64,000 bases of DNA from the human T2T-CHM13v2.0 reference genome, Homo sapiens, in the NCBI RefSeq assembly GCF_009914755.1, contig NC_060939.1; one strand, 5' to 3'. Position numbers and translations under genes: made by a program. Below are positions 1-16,302 of the stretch, one piece after another; within the stretch, counting starts at the first letter, position 1, and every line of letters begins with the position of its first letter. The notes beneath the pieces are model-generated. The model was not told where the DNA came from, searched no databases, and saw nothing but the letters and a program-made list of their open reading frames with translations.

Positions 1-589
1 CCGTGCAGCCCTGAGAGGGGCAAGGCCAGGCTCCGGGACCCCGCCAGCCACCCATTCTGGCCAGGTCCACCAGCATTAAAGGGACAGACCTCATTTAGAT
101 GAGCAGTTTCCTAACTAAGCTGGATGGAAGAATCTCCAGGGAAGCTGTACGGAAAGACAGATACCTAAAACCCATCTTCCTGAAGACTTTTAAGACAGAA
201 AATCTGGAGTAAGACACAGAAACTTCTAACAGTCTCTGGAGGACTCTAGCAATCCACCAGGTTTAAAAATAACTGGCATCAGAGGAACAAACTTTGTTGT
301 CCCAAGGTAGAATTTTGTCACCCCAAGCATCTCTCTAGCCATCAGATGCCCATGTAAATCTGCAGGACGTGAGAAAGGAGAAAAGCCTGGAGACTGGGAT
401 TTTGCCCAGGTAGAGGTACTGGACACGGGAAAGCAATCCCTGGGGGTTCCAGGCTCCCAGAGTACCGGGAGGGATGGTGAGGACAGCACAGGGAAAGATA
501 TGGGAAGGGACAGGCCCATGTGATCTCAGCTAAACAGTGTTTCCTCCTGTCCCTCTGGCTCCAGGCGACAAGGAGGCAGAGAATGGACA

Positions 590-800
590 CTACCTAACAT
601 TTATTGAGTGTGTGCTACATGCTAAGTGCTTTAATTCAGTTACTACTAACTCTCATGTCTTCACAATGATGGATAAGTAGAGTTTATATTCCCATTTTGC
701 AGATGAGAAGACTGAGACATAGTGAGACTAGGCAACCTGTTCAAGAACAGAGGCAGAATGGGGCCCTGGGCAGCCTGACTAGAGAGTCCTTCTCAGGCAC
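590..800 (-). mobile_element. MIR SINE fragment
   Basis: taacatttattgagtg...cccattttgcagatgagaagactgag core MIR motif; boundaries approximate. Confidence 0.7.
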
Positions 801-2353
801 TGTGTGATCTAGAAAGCATCTCCACACTGTACCAAAAGGCAATTAACGAGAAAAGAGAAAGGAGGGAGTATTACGTAGAAACAATTGTCTAAGACCTTCC
901 AATGCCTATAACCAGTCTAGATCCTGTCTTCCTGAAATGATTGGCTGACAGCTTTGTGCTCAATAACATTCTTAAACAGCGGCATAACATGCACACCTCG
1001 GGTCCTTGTGAATGCTATGACATACAGGCACATATATGCTCGTGGCAACTAACAAGAAGAGTGTACATCCCTTCCAAGCACTACTGTGTGGCAGCCATGC
1101 CTGGGCTTTGGAGCCACGATGGTGGAATGCATTCCTGGGAAGCAGTAGGGAAAGGGGTGGTGGTCATTAAACAGCACCTTTCAACTGAAAGCCTCCAGGA
1201 CCAGGGTGGTGGTGATGGGGCAGATGAACACCTCTCTCATGTGAGAAAGCGGTGGGACTTTGTGAGGCAGGGATCTCACAGTCAGGACAGGATCCTAACT
1301 GCACCCCTTCTTGCTCCTTCTCTAGCAGCAATACACACTCTTCCTTGCAGCTGACAGCGCCTGCATTGGGCCTTCTCACCCTCTGCTTCACCTGGAAGAA
1401 TATCTGAGCTTAAGTAGCTTGAAAGTGTTGTTAAATAGCAACTTTCTTTTGCAGTGACTTTGCTGACAGACAGGAGAAACTTGTAATCATAAAAAAGACT
1501 GATTGGGCTAATTGCATAAAGTTTATTTCCCCTTTCTAATAAATATTTACCATCCAATGTTTATAACTTTATGTTTGGACTTTCTTGAAATGCTTTATTG
1601 AATTAAAAACATCACATTACCATTGGCTAAAAGAGGAGACAGCTGTATTTGCCAATAACTTTTGCAACAAATGCCAGTTGTTGATGCCAATTTTTTTTCT
1701 AGTTCATATTTCCATAGACAGCTTTGAGCCTTACAATACTAGCATTCTGCAGACAGACATTCAGTGGTGATAGTGTGGGGGCCTCCAGAGTCCTAAGAAT
1801 TAATATGGACTGTATTTTAATTTTTCTCAGTTCTCCGGTATGCAAATGTTTGAGAAACCAGCAACCTGGTTAATATTTGAAGCCTAGACTGCTCCTAAAG
1901 CAATTGCAGAAATGCTCTTCCAAGGTTATTTACCCACACCTTTGAGTAGGGAAATGATGTTTAAATTGATTGGTCTTAAAACAGCTATGAATTGCGAGTG
2001 GCAGAAGAACATACAGAGAGGACCAGTCAGAAAGAAGGTCCACATTTAAAATTCCACCCAGCACCTGGTCATTCTGTGCTTCTGGAGGCACCTGATGGAG
2101 CCTTCTCAGGGTATGTGGTGAATGCATAATTATAAAATACATAAGATAACCAAGAAAACAATTAAACTGGAAGTGTTTTCAAAATATAAAACATTCTAAA
2201 TTTGTAATATAGTAATATATGCGTTTGTCAACACATAACAAGATCTGGCCCTGGGTCTACTAACCACCATCATTTTGAATTGGTGAAGAGTCTAAACAGT
2301 ATTTTGAGATGTTGGCCACAATTTACATGGTATAAAAATATCTGTGATTCCGT

Positions 2354-2656
<303 letters not shown>

Positions 2657-3974
2657 CTAATCACAGTGGCAGTCACGGGTATGGCTAAGACTCCTGTGGT
2701 TTACCGGCAACATTCAGTATGGAAGAGAATACTAACTTCCACTAGAACTTGAAGAAAATGAAAAGTATAATCTCTTTCCTATCCTGGTTCACCAAGTCTT
2801 TGAAATCTATCCAAGGACCCGAGGTGAGCAGTCCTGCTTTGGTACAATAACACACGCGTGTCGATGAGAAACGGCACCCCCGAGACCAGGGAGGCCTCTC
2901 CCTCCTGCCAGGGAACAGTGTGGGCTCATCTTGAGGCAGGCAAGCTATTTTCCTTCAGAAGAGGCAGCAGCAAAATGAAAACTGCCCATCACTAGTCATG
3001 ATGGTATTTTTCTCAAAACATAATCTACCCAGTTTCTTTTCTTACTTCTCTATATTTCAGAAAAATAAAAAGCAAATGTTCAACTCCTCAGCACTGGTGT
3101 GGCTCACAGTTTTATTCCCTTGGCAGTGTCCAGCCTCTGTCATATTTCATCATTTTTTGTCTCATAATATACTTAAAGTTCTAGAAAATTTTAAGATAAA
3201 AGATAGACAAACATACACACACATCCCCCAAAACTGCTGCCCCATTAATGCTCAGGTGCTTTTCTAAGCTGCCCTCAGGCTCTGCACACAGCAACACCAG
3301 TGAGGGGCTTACCAGTTCTTAGCAACGGTCTTTGGGGGAGCCTAGGGCTTGGGAACATGAATGGTGTTCTCAATTCCTACATATGAATGGGGTTAAGAGA
3401 ACAGAGTCCTCCAAATTTTTAGACTTTTAATTGCTTCACCCCTAAAACTCCTGACTATGAACATTTTTCTTTCGTTTTACAGCATCTAGCAAGTAGTAGT
3501 ATTTTTCATATTAAAGAAGGCCAACATTGGTTTGAAGAATACTGCTGAGAATTTTGCATCAAAGTTCCCTCTGCAATAACTGCAGGCACCTTAAGATGTC
3601 ACGACACCACTGGTGTGACTGCTAATGAGAAAACTGGACCATTAGTACTGTTTTTCTGGAGATATAGGATGGTCATGGGGCCTGCCTCACGAAGACACAC
3701 ATCTAAATTGAACATGTCAAGAACCCTAATGTAATGAGAATTGTATATGTTTATTAATGGAATGGAGTATAAATGGTTAATATGCATTTATGATCCATCC
3801 TGGCATGATCTGTTTCTAATGTGCTTAATCACAGGAATAAGCAATATATGAAGACATTTTCTTTTCTTTCTTGGCATATTAGCTAAAACTCTGTTGTTAT
3901 TTATTGGTTGCTTTACTTAGTTGACATTCTAATCTTTAACGCATCACATTCTGCCTTTATGTAAGATTATTCCA

Positions 3975-5771
<1,797 letters not shown>

Positions 5772-5850
5772 TGCTTCCATTTCTCCCTTTCTGGCCTTTG
5801 TACGAATGTCATACCTTTTACTTTTATGTATGTGAAAAACCCTAAACTAA

Positions 5851-6302
5851 TGTATTAGTTTCCTATGGCAAATCTGTATTAGTTTCCTATTGCTGCTACT
5901 ACAAACTTAGTGGCTTAAAACAACACAATTCTCTTATAGTTCTGGATGTCAGAAGTCCAAAATCAGTCTCACTGAGCTAAAGCCAAGGTGTCAATAGGGC
6001 TGGTTCCTTCTGCGAGGCTGTGAGGTTTCCTCGCCTTTTCCAGCTTCTCATGGCTGTTGCATTCCTTGGCTCATAGCCCCTTCCTTGCATCACTCCGACT
6101 TCATGCTTCTATTGCTACATCTCTTATTACTCACCCTGATCTCCTGCCTCCTTCTTAGTAAGGACTCTTGAGTACACTGGGCCACCCAGATAACCCAAGA
6201 AAATCTCCCCATCTCAAGATACTTAGCCACACTGGCAAAGTCCTTTCACCATATAAAGTAACATTCATAGGTGCTGAGGATAGGACATAAAGATCTACCA
6301 CA
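5851..6302 (-). mobile_element. MLT1-family MaLR LTR
   Basis: tgtattagtttcctattgctgct...gttctggatgtcagaagtccaaaatcag...ccatataaagtaacattcatagg; the terminal 16-mer tgtattagtttcctat occurs twice (5851, 5875). Confidence 0.8.
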
Positions 6303-6304
6303 AT

Positions 6305-6810
6305 TATATTCTTACTGTTTTTCATAAAACACAGTTGTTTAAATGATCAATGATCTTTTGAAGACTTTGAGTGTATCTAAATCTATCATATATTTGCCCA
6401 CGAAATTACTACTTCCAGGGCTCTTCATTTCTTTGTGTAGATCCATATTTCCACCTAGTATCATTTTCTGCAGAAGATTTCCTTTAATATTTCTTATAAT
6501 GTGGGCCTCTTGGTGATACATTTTTTTCAGTTTTCAGAAAAACTGCATTTCACATGTAATTTTGAAAGATATTTTTGCTGGGTATAGAATTGTAGGCTGA
6601 CAGCCTTTTTTTTTTTAGTACTTTACAATGTTTCTCTGTTGTCCTTTCACTTACACTGCTTCTAATGAGAGGTGTACTGTCAGTTTTACCTTTATCTGTA
6701 TATAACTTATCTGTTTTTCCTCTGGCTCCTTGAAGATTTTCTCTTTTTCACTACTTTCAAACAATTTCATTATAATGAGTATTTTTCTAGATTTCTTCAT
6801 GTTTCTTGTG
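6305..6810 (-). mobile_element. old L1M fragment
   Basis: T-rich segment with tttgaaagatatttttgctgggtatagaatt typical of antisense L1M. Confidence 0.6.
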
Positions 6811-7412
6811 AATTAGGAGATGTGGATGCTGCACAGGTGGGCAGGGGAGGGTACCAGATTGTCATCTTAAAGAGGGTAGTCAGGGTAGGCCTCATTGAGA
6901 AGCTTATATTAAAAAAAAAAAAACAGAACTCAAAAAAGGTGACGGAATTAGTCATGTGGATAACTGGGAGAAGAGTGGCAGGGAGGAGGAAACAGCCAGC
7001 ATGAAGCAACTGTGTCCCTGGTGGGGTCCGAGAAGAAAAGGAAAACCAGTACAGCTGGAATAGAGTAAGTGCAGGGGAGCATAGGGCAGGATGAGGCCCA
7101 GAAGGAAGAAAGGAGGCGGCACACGCCTGCACCAGGAAGGCTGCCTAGCAGGGAAGAATTGAGGGATAACAGCATATGTACGCTCTCCTGCCATACCCAA
7201 CATCAACCACAACACATTCCTACAAAAGCAGGGAAGGCGCAGACTGTTGATACAGCAGGGCCTGGAGCCGTGAAGTGTGGCACTGTCTTCACCTGGATTT
7301 GACTGATACATGTCCCAGGCCTAGGGCAGCATGCCCCAAATCCTTGGTTCTCAAAGGGTTCACAGGGAAGCATCTGGTCTTCTGCATTTTCTTCCCCAAA
7401 AGAGCGTGAGTG

Positions 7413-7942
7413 TGTTGGATAGAGTTCAAATAATCAGTATGTCAGTATGTTCAGTTCTTTGTCCTCCATTTTAAAGTTTAACTTCCTCGCAGTTTCCATA
7501 AACAACCTTTTCCACCAGTTTTAATCAGTAGTTCACATCTGTTCCCCTGGTCACCTGCTCCGTCCTGATTCATCCTGGTCACCTGCTTTGACCTGAGTCA
7601 CCCCTGGTCACCTGCTCTGACCTAAGTCACCTTTAGTTCCCTGTTCCTCACCTTTTTTCCTGCCAAACTGCTCACCACACCACTCTGGCTTATACCCTTT
7701 CTCTCTTTGAAATAGCCAATCAGAATTAGCTTCGACTGTGTGGTCCAATCCTAGCCAAAAGGGGAATAACACAGCAGTAGGGGCTACCTGAGTCAGGAGT
7801 AAGAACCCCTTCCTCTCCCTTGTTCAGGTGTGCTCTCGCCATTGCTCCATCCATGAGTCACACCTCCTATCTTTTGCTGAGAAAATTCTTTCAGTGCTAG
7901 TTCTTCTTTTCGGCACTGAGGAATAAGCATTTATTTCTAACA
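7413..7942 (+). mobile_element. LTR10-family solo LTR (ERV1, HERV-I), copy 1
   Basis: tgttggat...ttctaaca ends, ggtcacctgct repeats, CCAAT boxes, TGAGTCA at 7594, 7789 and 7854; colinear with copy 2 at 30532. No clear TSD. Confidence 0.85.
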
Positions 7943-10409
7943 ATCGTGACATTTTCTCCAGTGTGCACAGTCACTGCTACCCCACAGTCAGATTCCTCTA
8001 AAGAAAGTGTCACTAGCCTTGCAAGCAGGACAATCACCACTGACCAGCTGAGGCTGGTGGCCATGAAGGGGACTGTCATTCCATCACTCCCCTAAGAAAT
8101 CCTTTCTGCTAGTTATTGGAGAGGAAAAAACACATTTATTTTATTGCTGGTGAAACTCTCGAGGCAAAAGCAAACAGGAAAACATATTTTGCAGTTCCTT
8201 GGGAGCCCAGGAATAAATGTTCAGCTTCAATGTAAAAGGCACGTGGGAAGATCTCACTTGATATGCATTTGGATTTTGAGCTTCTAGGGAGAAAGGAGTC
8301 ACAAAGCTGAGGGAATCATTGCTTGTTGCCCTCTAACTGAATTCCTCTCATGAAAATATGATTCTGAAGGAAAATAAAATACCACATCCCCTGCCTCCTC
8401 TCTTTGGGGTCTATCTTTGAATGACAGTAGCTTTCCTTTCCTCCCTCAGTAACAGATACCCCTGGGCTCGCTTTCCAGCCCACCCCTTTCCAGCTGGGTG
8501 AGCCTGGCTTGTTTTCTAATCTCTCTTAGCTTCTATATTCTCATCTGTTAAAATGGGGTTAAAAGCCCTTGCCTTTGGGGTTGCAGTCAGGGTTGTGTGT
8601 GACAGTGCAAGGACAAAGTCCAGCCTGGGAGACTGTGAGTCCCCAGTACAAGTGCCTTCCTCCCTCTGTCCCTCCTCATCCAACCGGGATGCAAGTGCTT
8701 GGCTCCTAGAAGGGAAAATAGCTCCGGCTCTCATGGAGCAGGCAGTCTCTGCCCAGCCTCCACCACACTTAATCCTGCCCTGTAGGACCAGCTCAGCCTG
8801 GCCCGCCACATCTCACTGGCCCTGCGGAGGACTCCACAGTGGGCAGAGTGACCACTCTGTCCCTTGGCTCAGCTGGGCACTACCCACTTCCCCAGCCCCA
8901 GTGTCTGGGGCCCTTTTCTCTGCCTGACATCCTCCCTGGTATCCCAACCACACAATCTCATGCTGTCTCCACATCAAGGGACTCCCTGAAACCTGCTCTT
9001 TACTGGCATCTCGGTGCCATCCGTGCACTGCAGGGACTGAGGAGGCAGACAGAATGCCTCTTGGCAGGCACTGTGCGTGTGCATAAGCCTTAACACTCAA
9101 GCCACACAGTGGCTGATGGTGAGTTTGGGCACCGCTGCAGGATGCTGGGGACGATCACATCCTAGGGCTCATCACATCTCCCCATGGAGGTGTCCTTCAA
9201 CCCTGCTGCTGGGGGCAGGAGGTACAGGCATCCAGTGGGAGGCTGACATGGGTGACAGCTTCCCACTGGTCTCTGGAGGGGACCCTCGCAGGCGTGCTCC
9301 CCAGGGGAATGGCAGGGCAGAAGCAGCACTACAGCGTGGATAAACGTCCTTTGGGGAAACAGCCAGTAGGAGACAACAGCCTGGTTTTAAGGAGCTGCCC
9401 TTTTTAGCAACCCCAAAGGTGGCAGGCAATGCTCCAACTGCAGGTTGTGTCCCAATTTCCTAAACTAACTTATACTCAGACAGGAAGCACTCAAGAGGCA
9501 GCATCTGTCTCCAGGAGTCTGGGCTAATGGGCATTGGGACCGCATTCTGGAGGCAGCCTGCATGTGCCTGTGTGCTTTGGTGCTGCTCCCGAGTGCTTGC
9601 TCCAGGAACCTGCCCAGCCATCCACACATCCTCCTTGGGACCAGGTGTGCTTCTGAGTGCCAGTGCTGGAATAGCCCTCCCTCAGGCTGACCACCTGCTG
9701 CCTGGCTGCTGAGTTCCACATACCCCTGGCTGGTTCCCCTACTTCTGCCCTCCTTCTCCACAGGATGGTGCAGGTTCTGCTCCCCTAGCCCCGTCACTGC
9801 CAGGGCCAGGTGGACCACAGGCTCCTGGCCTTCCCCTGTGGCCAGGGCCTTCCCTGTCTGCTACACAGATGGCCACAGGCATGGAGACTGCCCTGCCCTG
9901 GGTACCCACATGCCCCTCTTGGCACCCCTCACCCATAAAACCAGCCAAGTCACAGACCTTGCTGTTTGCATCATGGTGAAAACGTGTGCAATCAGGGGTG
10001 AATGAGACTTGAGTTCAAATCCTCGCTCTACTACCTACTAACAAAGCCTTTTTCAATGTTTGCTTACTTTGACTTGGTGTTGTCATCTGTAAACCAGGGA
10101 CAGGATCTCGGGAGCCATGGTGAAGACTAATTGGGATCACACATGTTGGAAGCGTTAGTACCAAACACTTAGGCATTGCTCAACAAGCGGTAACTGTTTA
10201 ATGGGGTTATTATCATATAATCAATTTATTACTTGTTAAATTTTCCCAATTTGATACGCTCAAATGTTTAATAGTTTTAACCCTCTTGTTGATCCATGCA
10301 GTGTTTGAAGTCAGGCGACAGTGTCCTGCGTCTCTAGTGTCCTCAGGTTTCCATATTAAAATGTTAGGCTACCAGAGTCAGTAGTAACCCTGAAGGATTC
10401 CCCTGCAAA

Positions 10410-10605
10410 AGTGCCCGTGTGGGGGACTGTGTGTAGATGTGTGCCTGCAACTGCATGTGTAGGTGTGTATGTGTGTATGGCTATATGGGGTACACATGTG
10501 CAAATGCCTGTGAGAGTGTGTTTATGCATGTCTCTGTATGCAAACGTGTGTGTGCATATACATGTATACCTGTGCTTGTGTGTGTATGTGCCTGTGCTGA
10601 GTGTG
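10410..10605. repeat. degenerate (TG)n low-complexity tract (CA-rich on the pre-mRNA)
   Basis: gtgtgtagatgtgtgcctgcaactgcatgtgtaggtgtgtatgtgtgt... Confidence 0.85.
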
Positions 10606-10695
10606 AATGCCCATGTCCTCCAGCAGAAGCCAGACCTGCTGTGGGAGGGCTGGATCCATGCTCTGTCCCGAGCCAGCCCTCCCACGGCTGCTTAC

Positions 10696-10846
10696 CTCCA
10701 TGTTTCTGCAGAAGGTGGCATTCATGCCAAACAGGATCTGGCACTGCTCGTTGGCACTGTAGTGCATGCCCGGCAGCTTGTGCGGGAGGCGTACTGTGTG
10801 CTGGCTTCTGGGGTCCGTGACTAGCAAGCAGATGCTGACTTTTGAC
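10696..10846 (-). CDS. ADAMTS17: ADAMTS17 coding exon (probably exon 10), end of catalytic domain and start of disintegrin-like domain
   Basis: ctctcggctgtttcag|G TCA AAA GTC...AAC ATG GAG|gtaagc; 151 nt; (K)[50 protein letters not shown], contained in ORF 10522..10878. LPGxxYSANEQC is typical of ADAMTS; NAT is an N-glycosylation sequon. Confidence 0.97.
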
Positions 10847-11483
10847 CTGAAACAGCCGAGAGGCAAGTTGACTTGCAAATGTACTGCCTAGGTTTTTTTG
10901 TTTTCTTTTTCTTTTTTTTTTTTTGAGTTTTCAGTCACTGAGAAGAGGGCACCTCCACGTTCCTTATGGAAAAAGGACGCAGGCACTGGACACACAGACT
11001 GCGCTTTTTTGCTGTGCATTCCTCTTTTTCTACATGGCCCAGTAGAATTATTATTTTTCTTAGCAAGGAACATCCCTGGGAAAGAGAATACGTGCCTGGG
11101 GGTAGTAAGAACCTGGAGACTCGGGAGGGGCATAGGAACGACATCCACAAGGCTGATGGACTTTTACTGGGGAGTCTGAAAGCTTTCTTTGATGAAAATG
11201 ATTTTGGAAGAGATTATCGTATTTTCTTAGACTATGGCTTTGAGCAAAAACTATCATGAATAAAGAACAAGTACAAGTTAGACTTGCTTTACTTTAAATA
11301 AAATCAAAGTGCTTATTTCCAACTCTTCAGGTTCTTTTCGAGTGCTTGTGGGACCTCGGTGTCTCACTTGACCACGCTATCCCTGAAAGCCACTGGCAAC
11401 ACTCGCCGAGGACTTCAGGATTTCAACTGGGGTGGGAGCATTCATTTACAGTGAGAGGCGCGTCTCTAAAAGAGTGAACTGGG

Positions 11484-11788
<305 letters not shown>

Positions 11789-11983
11789 GTGAACTGGGGA
11801 TTGCGAGGCTCTGGCTCTAAAGGAGGTTACTTACTACAATGCTTTTATTTCTCAATTTCTAAAGGCAGATGGTTTAAGGCAGAAAACCCAGTCACTTGCC
11901 AAGATTCTTAAGGAAAGAGTTGCATGAACACAAGACACAGACTGATCCTGGTTTACTTCTGGGCTCACACACACTACTTGTCA

Positions 11984-12415
<432 letters not shown>

Positions 12416-13304
12416 TCAGTGGGAAGTAGACTACATTAAAAGTAATGAGTGCATTGTTAAGCTGGTTTACCACTGAACAATTTCCCCATGAACAAGGAAC
12501 GTCATGAAAAAAGACCCAGGATGGCACCTTTGCCACTACATCCTGAATTCGTCGGGTACTTGAATGTGCTACTGGACTGAGAAGCTCCATCTGCAGGTGA
12601 GACTCGCCGACTCACTGCTGTCTCCCAGGGTGCATGAATTCACACGGCTAAGTAGCTCAGTGACCAGGGCCTGCACAGTCACTCTGTAAACCCAACCCTG
12701 AGGTCTTGACACTAAGGGACAGGGACCGGCACCGTCCACAGGTACAGACTGTGACAAAGGTCTGAAATCAGATGGCAGATTCTTCCACAGAAATCTGAGA
12801 ATGGAAGGGTGCAGACACCTTCTGGGAAGAAAGTAGCAGTGAGATAAACACAGCCCTCCCCTCCCCAGAGGTGAGGAAGCTGAGCAAACCCACCCCTCAT
12901 CCCCCAGCAAATTCACTCCCTCTCTAGGCAAGCGGCCTTCATCTCCACACCAGGAAATGCTCCATTCCGCAGCGGCCCAGGGGCGCCCCAAGGTGACCAC
13001 ACGGTCACAACACTGCAGAGGAATGAAATGGGTTTCTTTTCAAGACAGGGTGACTATGTTGACATTTGAGTCGATCGGCAATTACGTAATGATCACCCAC
13101 TGTGCGCCCATCGCTGGAGCAGATGCGCATGTGGGAGATGTCCTTGCCATTATAGGACACTCTGCGCTGACCGCCTCCTGAGGCTAGATGCAAATCCCAA
13201 AAGAGAGTCATTTCTCCACTTCACACTTGCTGAGACTCCAATACTTTTGTCTTTTGGAAGTACTTTTGATTGCATTCATCCTATAGAATAATTCCAGGAC
13301 TTAC

Positions 13305-13445
13305 TTGAGGAAGTTTTCAAGGTCATCTCGGCTGCAGGAGGACCAAGAGAGGTCACTTGGGTTCCGGCCTTTCACCCACTCTCCTGACATGATGTGGGAC
13401 CTGCCAGCGCAAGATGAGTGGTCATCGTCGTGGTTCATGCCCAAG
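13305..13445 (-). CDS. ADAMTS17: ADAMTS17 coding exon (probably exon 9), third Zn-binding His and Met-turn
   Basis: ccctctctcctccttcttggacag|C TTG GGC ATG AAC CAC GAC...TTC CTC AA|gtaagt; 141 nt, phase 2-2; (N)[46 protein letters not shown](K). Joins the previous exon to give HELGHNLGMNHD (HExxHxxGxxHD). Confidence 0.97.
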
Positions 13446-15021
13446 CTGTCCAAGAAGGAGGAGAGAGGGATGCTTATGCTACAAGCTTCTCATTTCCAGT
13501 TCCTGGTGCTAGCGGACCATGCTAAGGTAAATCAAGTCTTAAAAACAAAAACGGACGTAACGTGAAAGTGGTTCTCACACAGCAGACCCACAGTCATGTG
13601 TTTTCACAGAAATAGAGGGTGAGGATTTGCTTAGTGAATGAAGATAAATTGAGCAAATGACAGACACTAATAGCATTCACTAAATAACAATAAATCAACA
13701 AAGTATATTAACTCTGATAATTAACTGTGACATGATAATTCTTAAACTTTAAGCTTCTGATGGCTAGACTTGTTTTCTTACATTAAATATTCCAATGTTC
13801 ATGGTTTTGGTGTTTCTGTTCCTTAGAGATAATCACTGTGCTAACGGGAATCACTGGGTACCATCCTAGACCTTGACTTACAGAATGATCTGAATCTAAG
13901 CCTTCCAACTCATTACAGAGTATGGCTTTTCTATCTTTCACATCTAACAAGATCACACCTGTCACCTTCCCTATTCAGCTATACCTGAGACATACCAGGA
14001 TGCCTGTCTAGGCCTGGAGGGCTCATCACACTGTGAGCTGAACAGTGATCTTAGCTTATACACTTGCCCTCACTGGGGTGAGCCAAGACATGCAGCACGC
14101 AAGATCCAGTTGCCCAGTTTGCTGACCCAGAGTTCTTATGCCCCAACGTGTATAAGGATGACCATCTTTCAACAATCTCAGTGGAACAACGACAACAAAA
14201 AAGAACATGTACTTTCATTCATTCAAAAATATTAGACACTTTCCAAGTGCCAGGTAACGGACCACAAGGAAAAGACCTCAAATCACTGCCAGCTTGGGAG
14301 AAGAGATGAACACTGACACAGATAATGATAAAAGAGGTTTCTAAACTCTGCTCTAGAGCCATGTTTTCCTAGTTTGCTCATAGATATCTGACCATCTTCC
14401 GTCAGCAACCCTGCTTGTTGCCTAATGGTGGTGTCTCCCCAAAAGAAACCCATCCTGTCTTCTCTGCATGCCTGCAGGCCACCCCCACACCCTTTTGCCT
14501 ACAGAGATGCTCCCTTGGCCAACTCCCACGTGGAGTTGGATCAGCTAAAGTCACCCATGTCCTTTGGAGGATCCGCTGCCTGGCGCTCATGTGTTCTGGA
14601 ACTTTGGGCTAGCGGGGCCCTCTCTGATCACCCACATGTGACTTCCCCCGTCAGTGGAGGGGGGGCATCCTTACCAATCTTCCATTGTATTTATTCTTAA
14701 ACCTACTGATGTCAGTGACACTTGTTATTTCAATTCATACATGTGGCTACATGTTGGGTTAACCAACGAAATATGGGGACAAACACCAAGTTGTTGTTCT
14801 CATGAAAACAGATTTAGCCAGTAGCTAAGATAGACTGCTGTCCAACTGGGTGTGGGCAAGACAACTGTGAAAGATGAATAAATCATAAAAATCTGCTCCA
14901 AGGCTGCTTCACAAGTCTTTTACAATCCTTTTTATGTGTATACAAACACACACACACACATGCACATATAAAAGAAACTAGATTCAAACTCTTATTATAG
15001 GCATGCTTTGTGTGAGGAAAG

Positions 15022-15387
15022 TGTATTAGTCCATTTTCACACTGCTATAAAGTGTTTCACACTTGAAACTGGGCAATTTTTAAAGGAAAGAGGTTTAACT
15101 GACTCACAGTTCTGCCAGGGAGACCTCAGGAAACTTACAATCATGGCAGAAGGTGAAGGGGAAGCAAAGACCTACTTCAAATGGTGGCAGGGGAGAGAAG
15201 CACAAGCAAGGAAAATGCCAGATGCTTACAAACCCATCAGATCTTGTGAGAACTCTCTCACTGTCACAAGAACAGGACAGAGGAAACCACCCTCATGATC
15301 CAATCACCTCCCAGCGGGTCCCTCCCTCGACACATTGGATTACAATTCAAAATGAGATTTGGGTGGGGACACAGCCAAACCATATCA
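15022..15387 (-). mobile_element. THE1 (THE1D-like) MaLR solo LTR
   Basis: tgtattagtccattttcacactgct...gggtggggacacagccaaaccatatca; TSD gaaag/gaagg. Confidence 0.9.
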
Positions 15388-15965
15388 GAAGGTGACATGG
15401 AAGTCCAATTGGCAGACACCCGTCCTCAAAGAAGAGGCTTTCCCTCTCCATTACAAAATTGTTGAAAAAAACTAATGTTTTTATAGCTTAAGTTAAAACA
15501 AAATGTCTAAGGCACTTACATATAATGTCTTGTTATTTCTCCACTTGAATCAATTTTTTGCTTAATTGCTCAAGTGACCAACTAGAGTCATTTCTGAAAA
15601 GGGAGTGTCTGCATCGCCACCTAGGTATAGATGGCCATATTTTCGCGTGGTCTGGACTGCTATCAACCTCAGACCCTCCTGACTGGAGGCCCACAGGCTC
15701 TTCCAACTCACCCTATTTTCTCAGGGCAGCAGAAACTGGTGCAAAGCGAGCATTTGGTAAAAATATTTATTGAACGAATTATCTGTTTAATAGCAAAGAA
15801 AGTGCCAAAAAAATACCGGACAACTCATATCCATGACAAGTGTGTTGATCTGGCGTGGTGGCAGACTGCTTGGCAGAATGGCAAAAGTCACCTCTCGTTA
15901 GATTCAGTCTCGTCCTCATGCCTCAGTGTCAGGTATCTATCCAATTAGGGTTAAAGGAAGACTGA

Positions 15966-16302
<337 letters not shown>

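Noticed and set aside
10891-10925. A-rich tract (minus strand) about 45 nt upstream of the exon 10 acceptor as a retrocopy tail
   Set aside because: No recognisable body or TSD; more relevant as an oligo-dT mispriming site.
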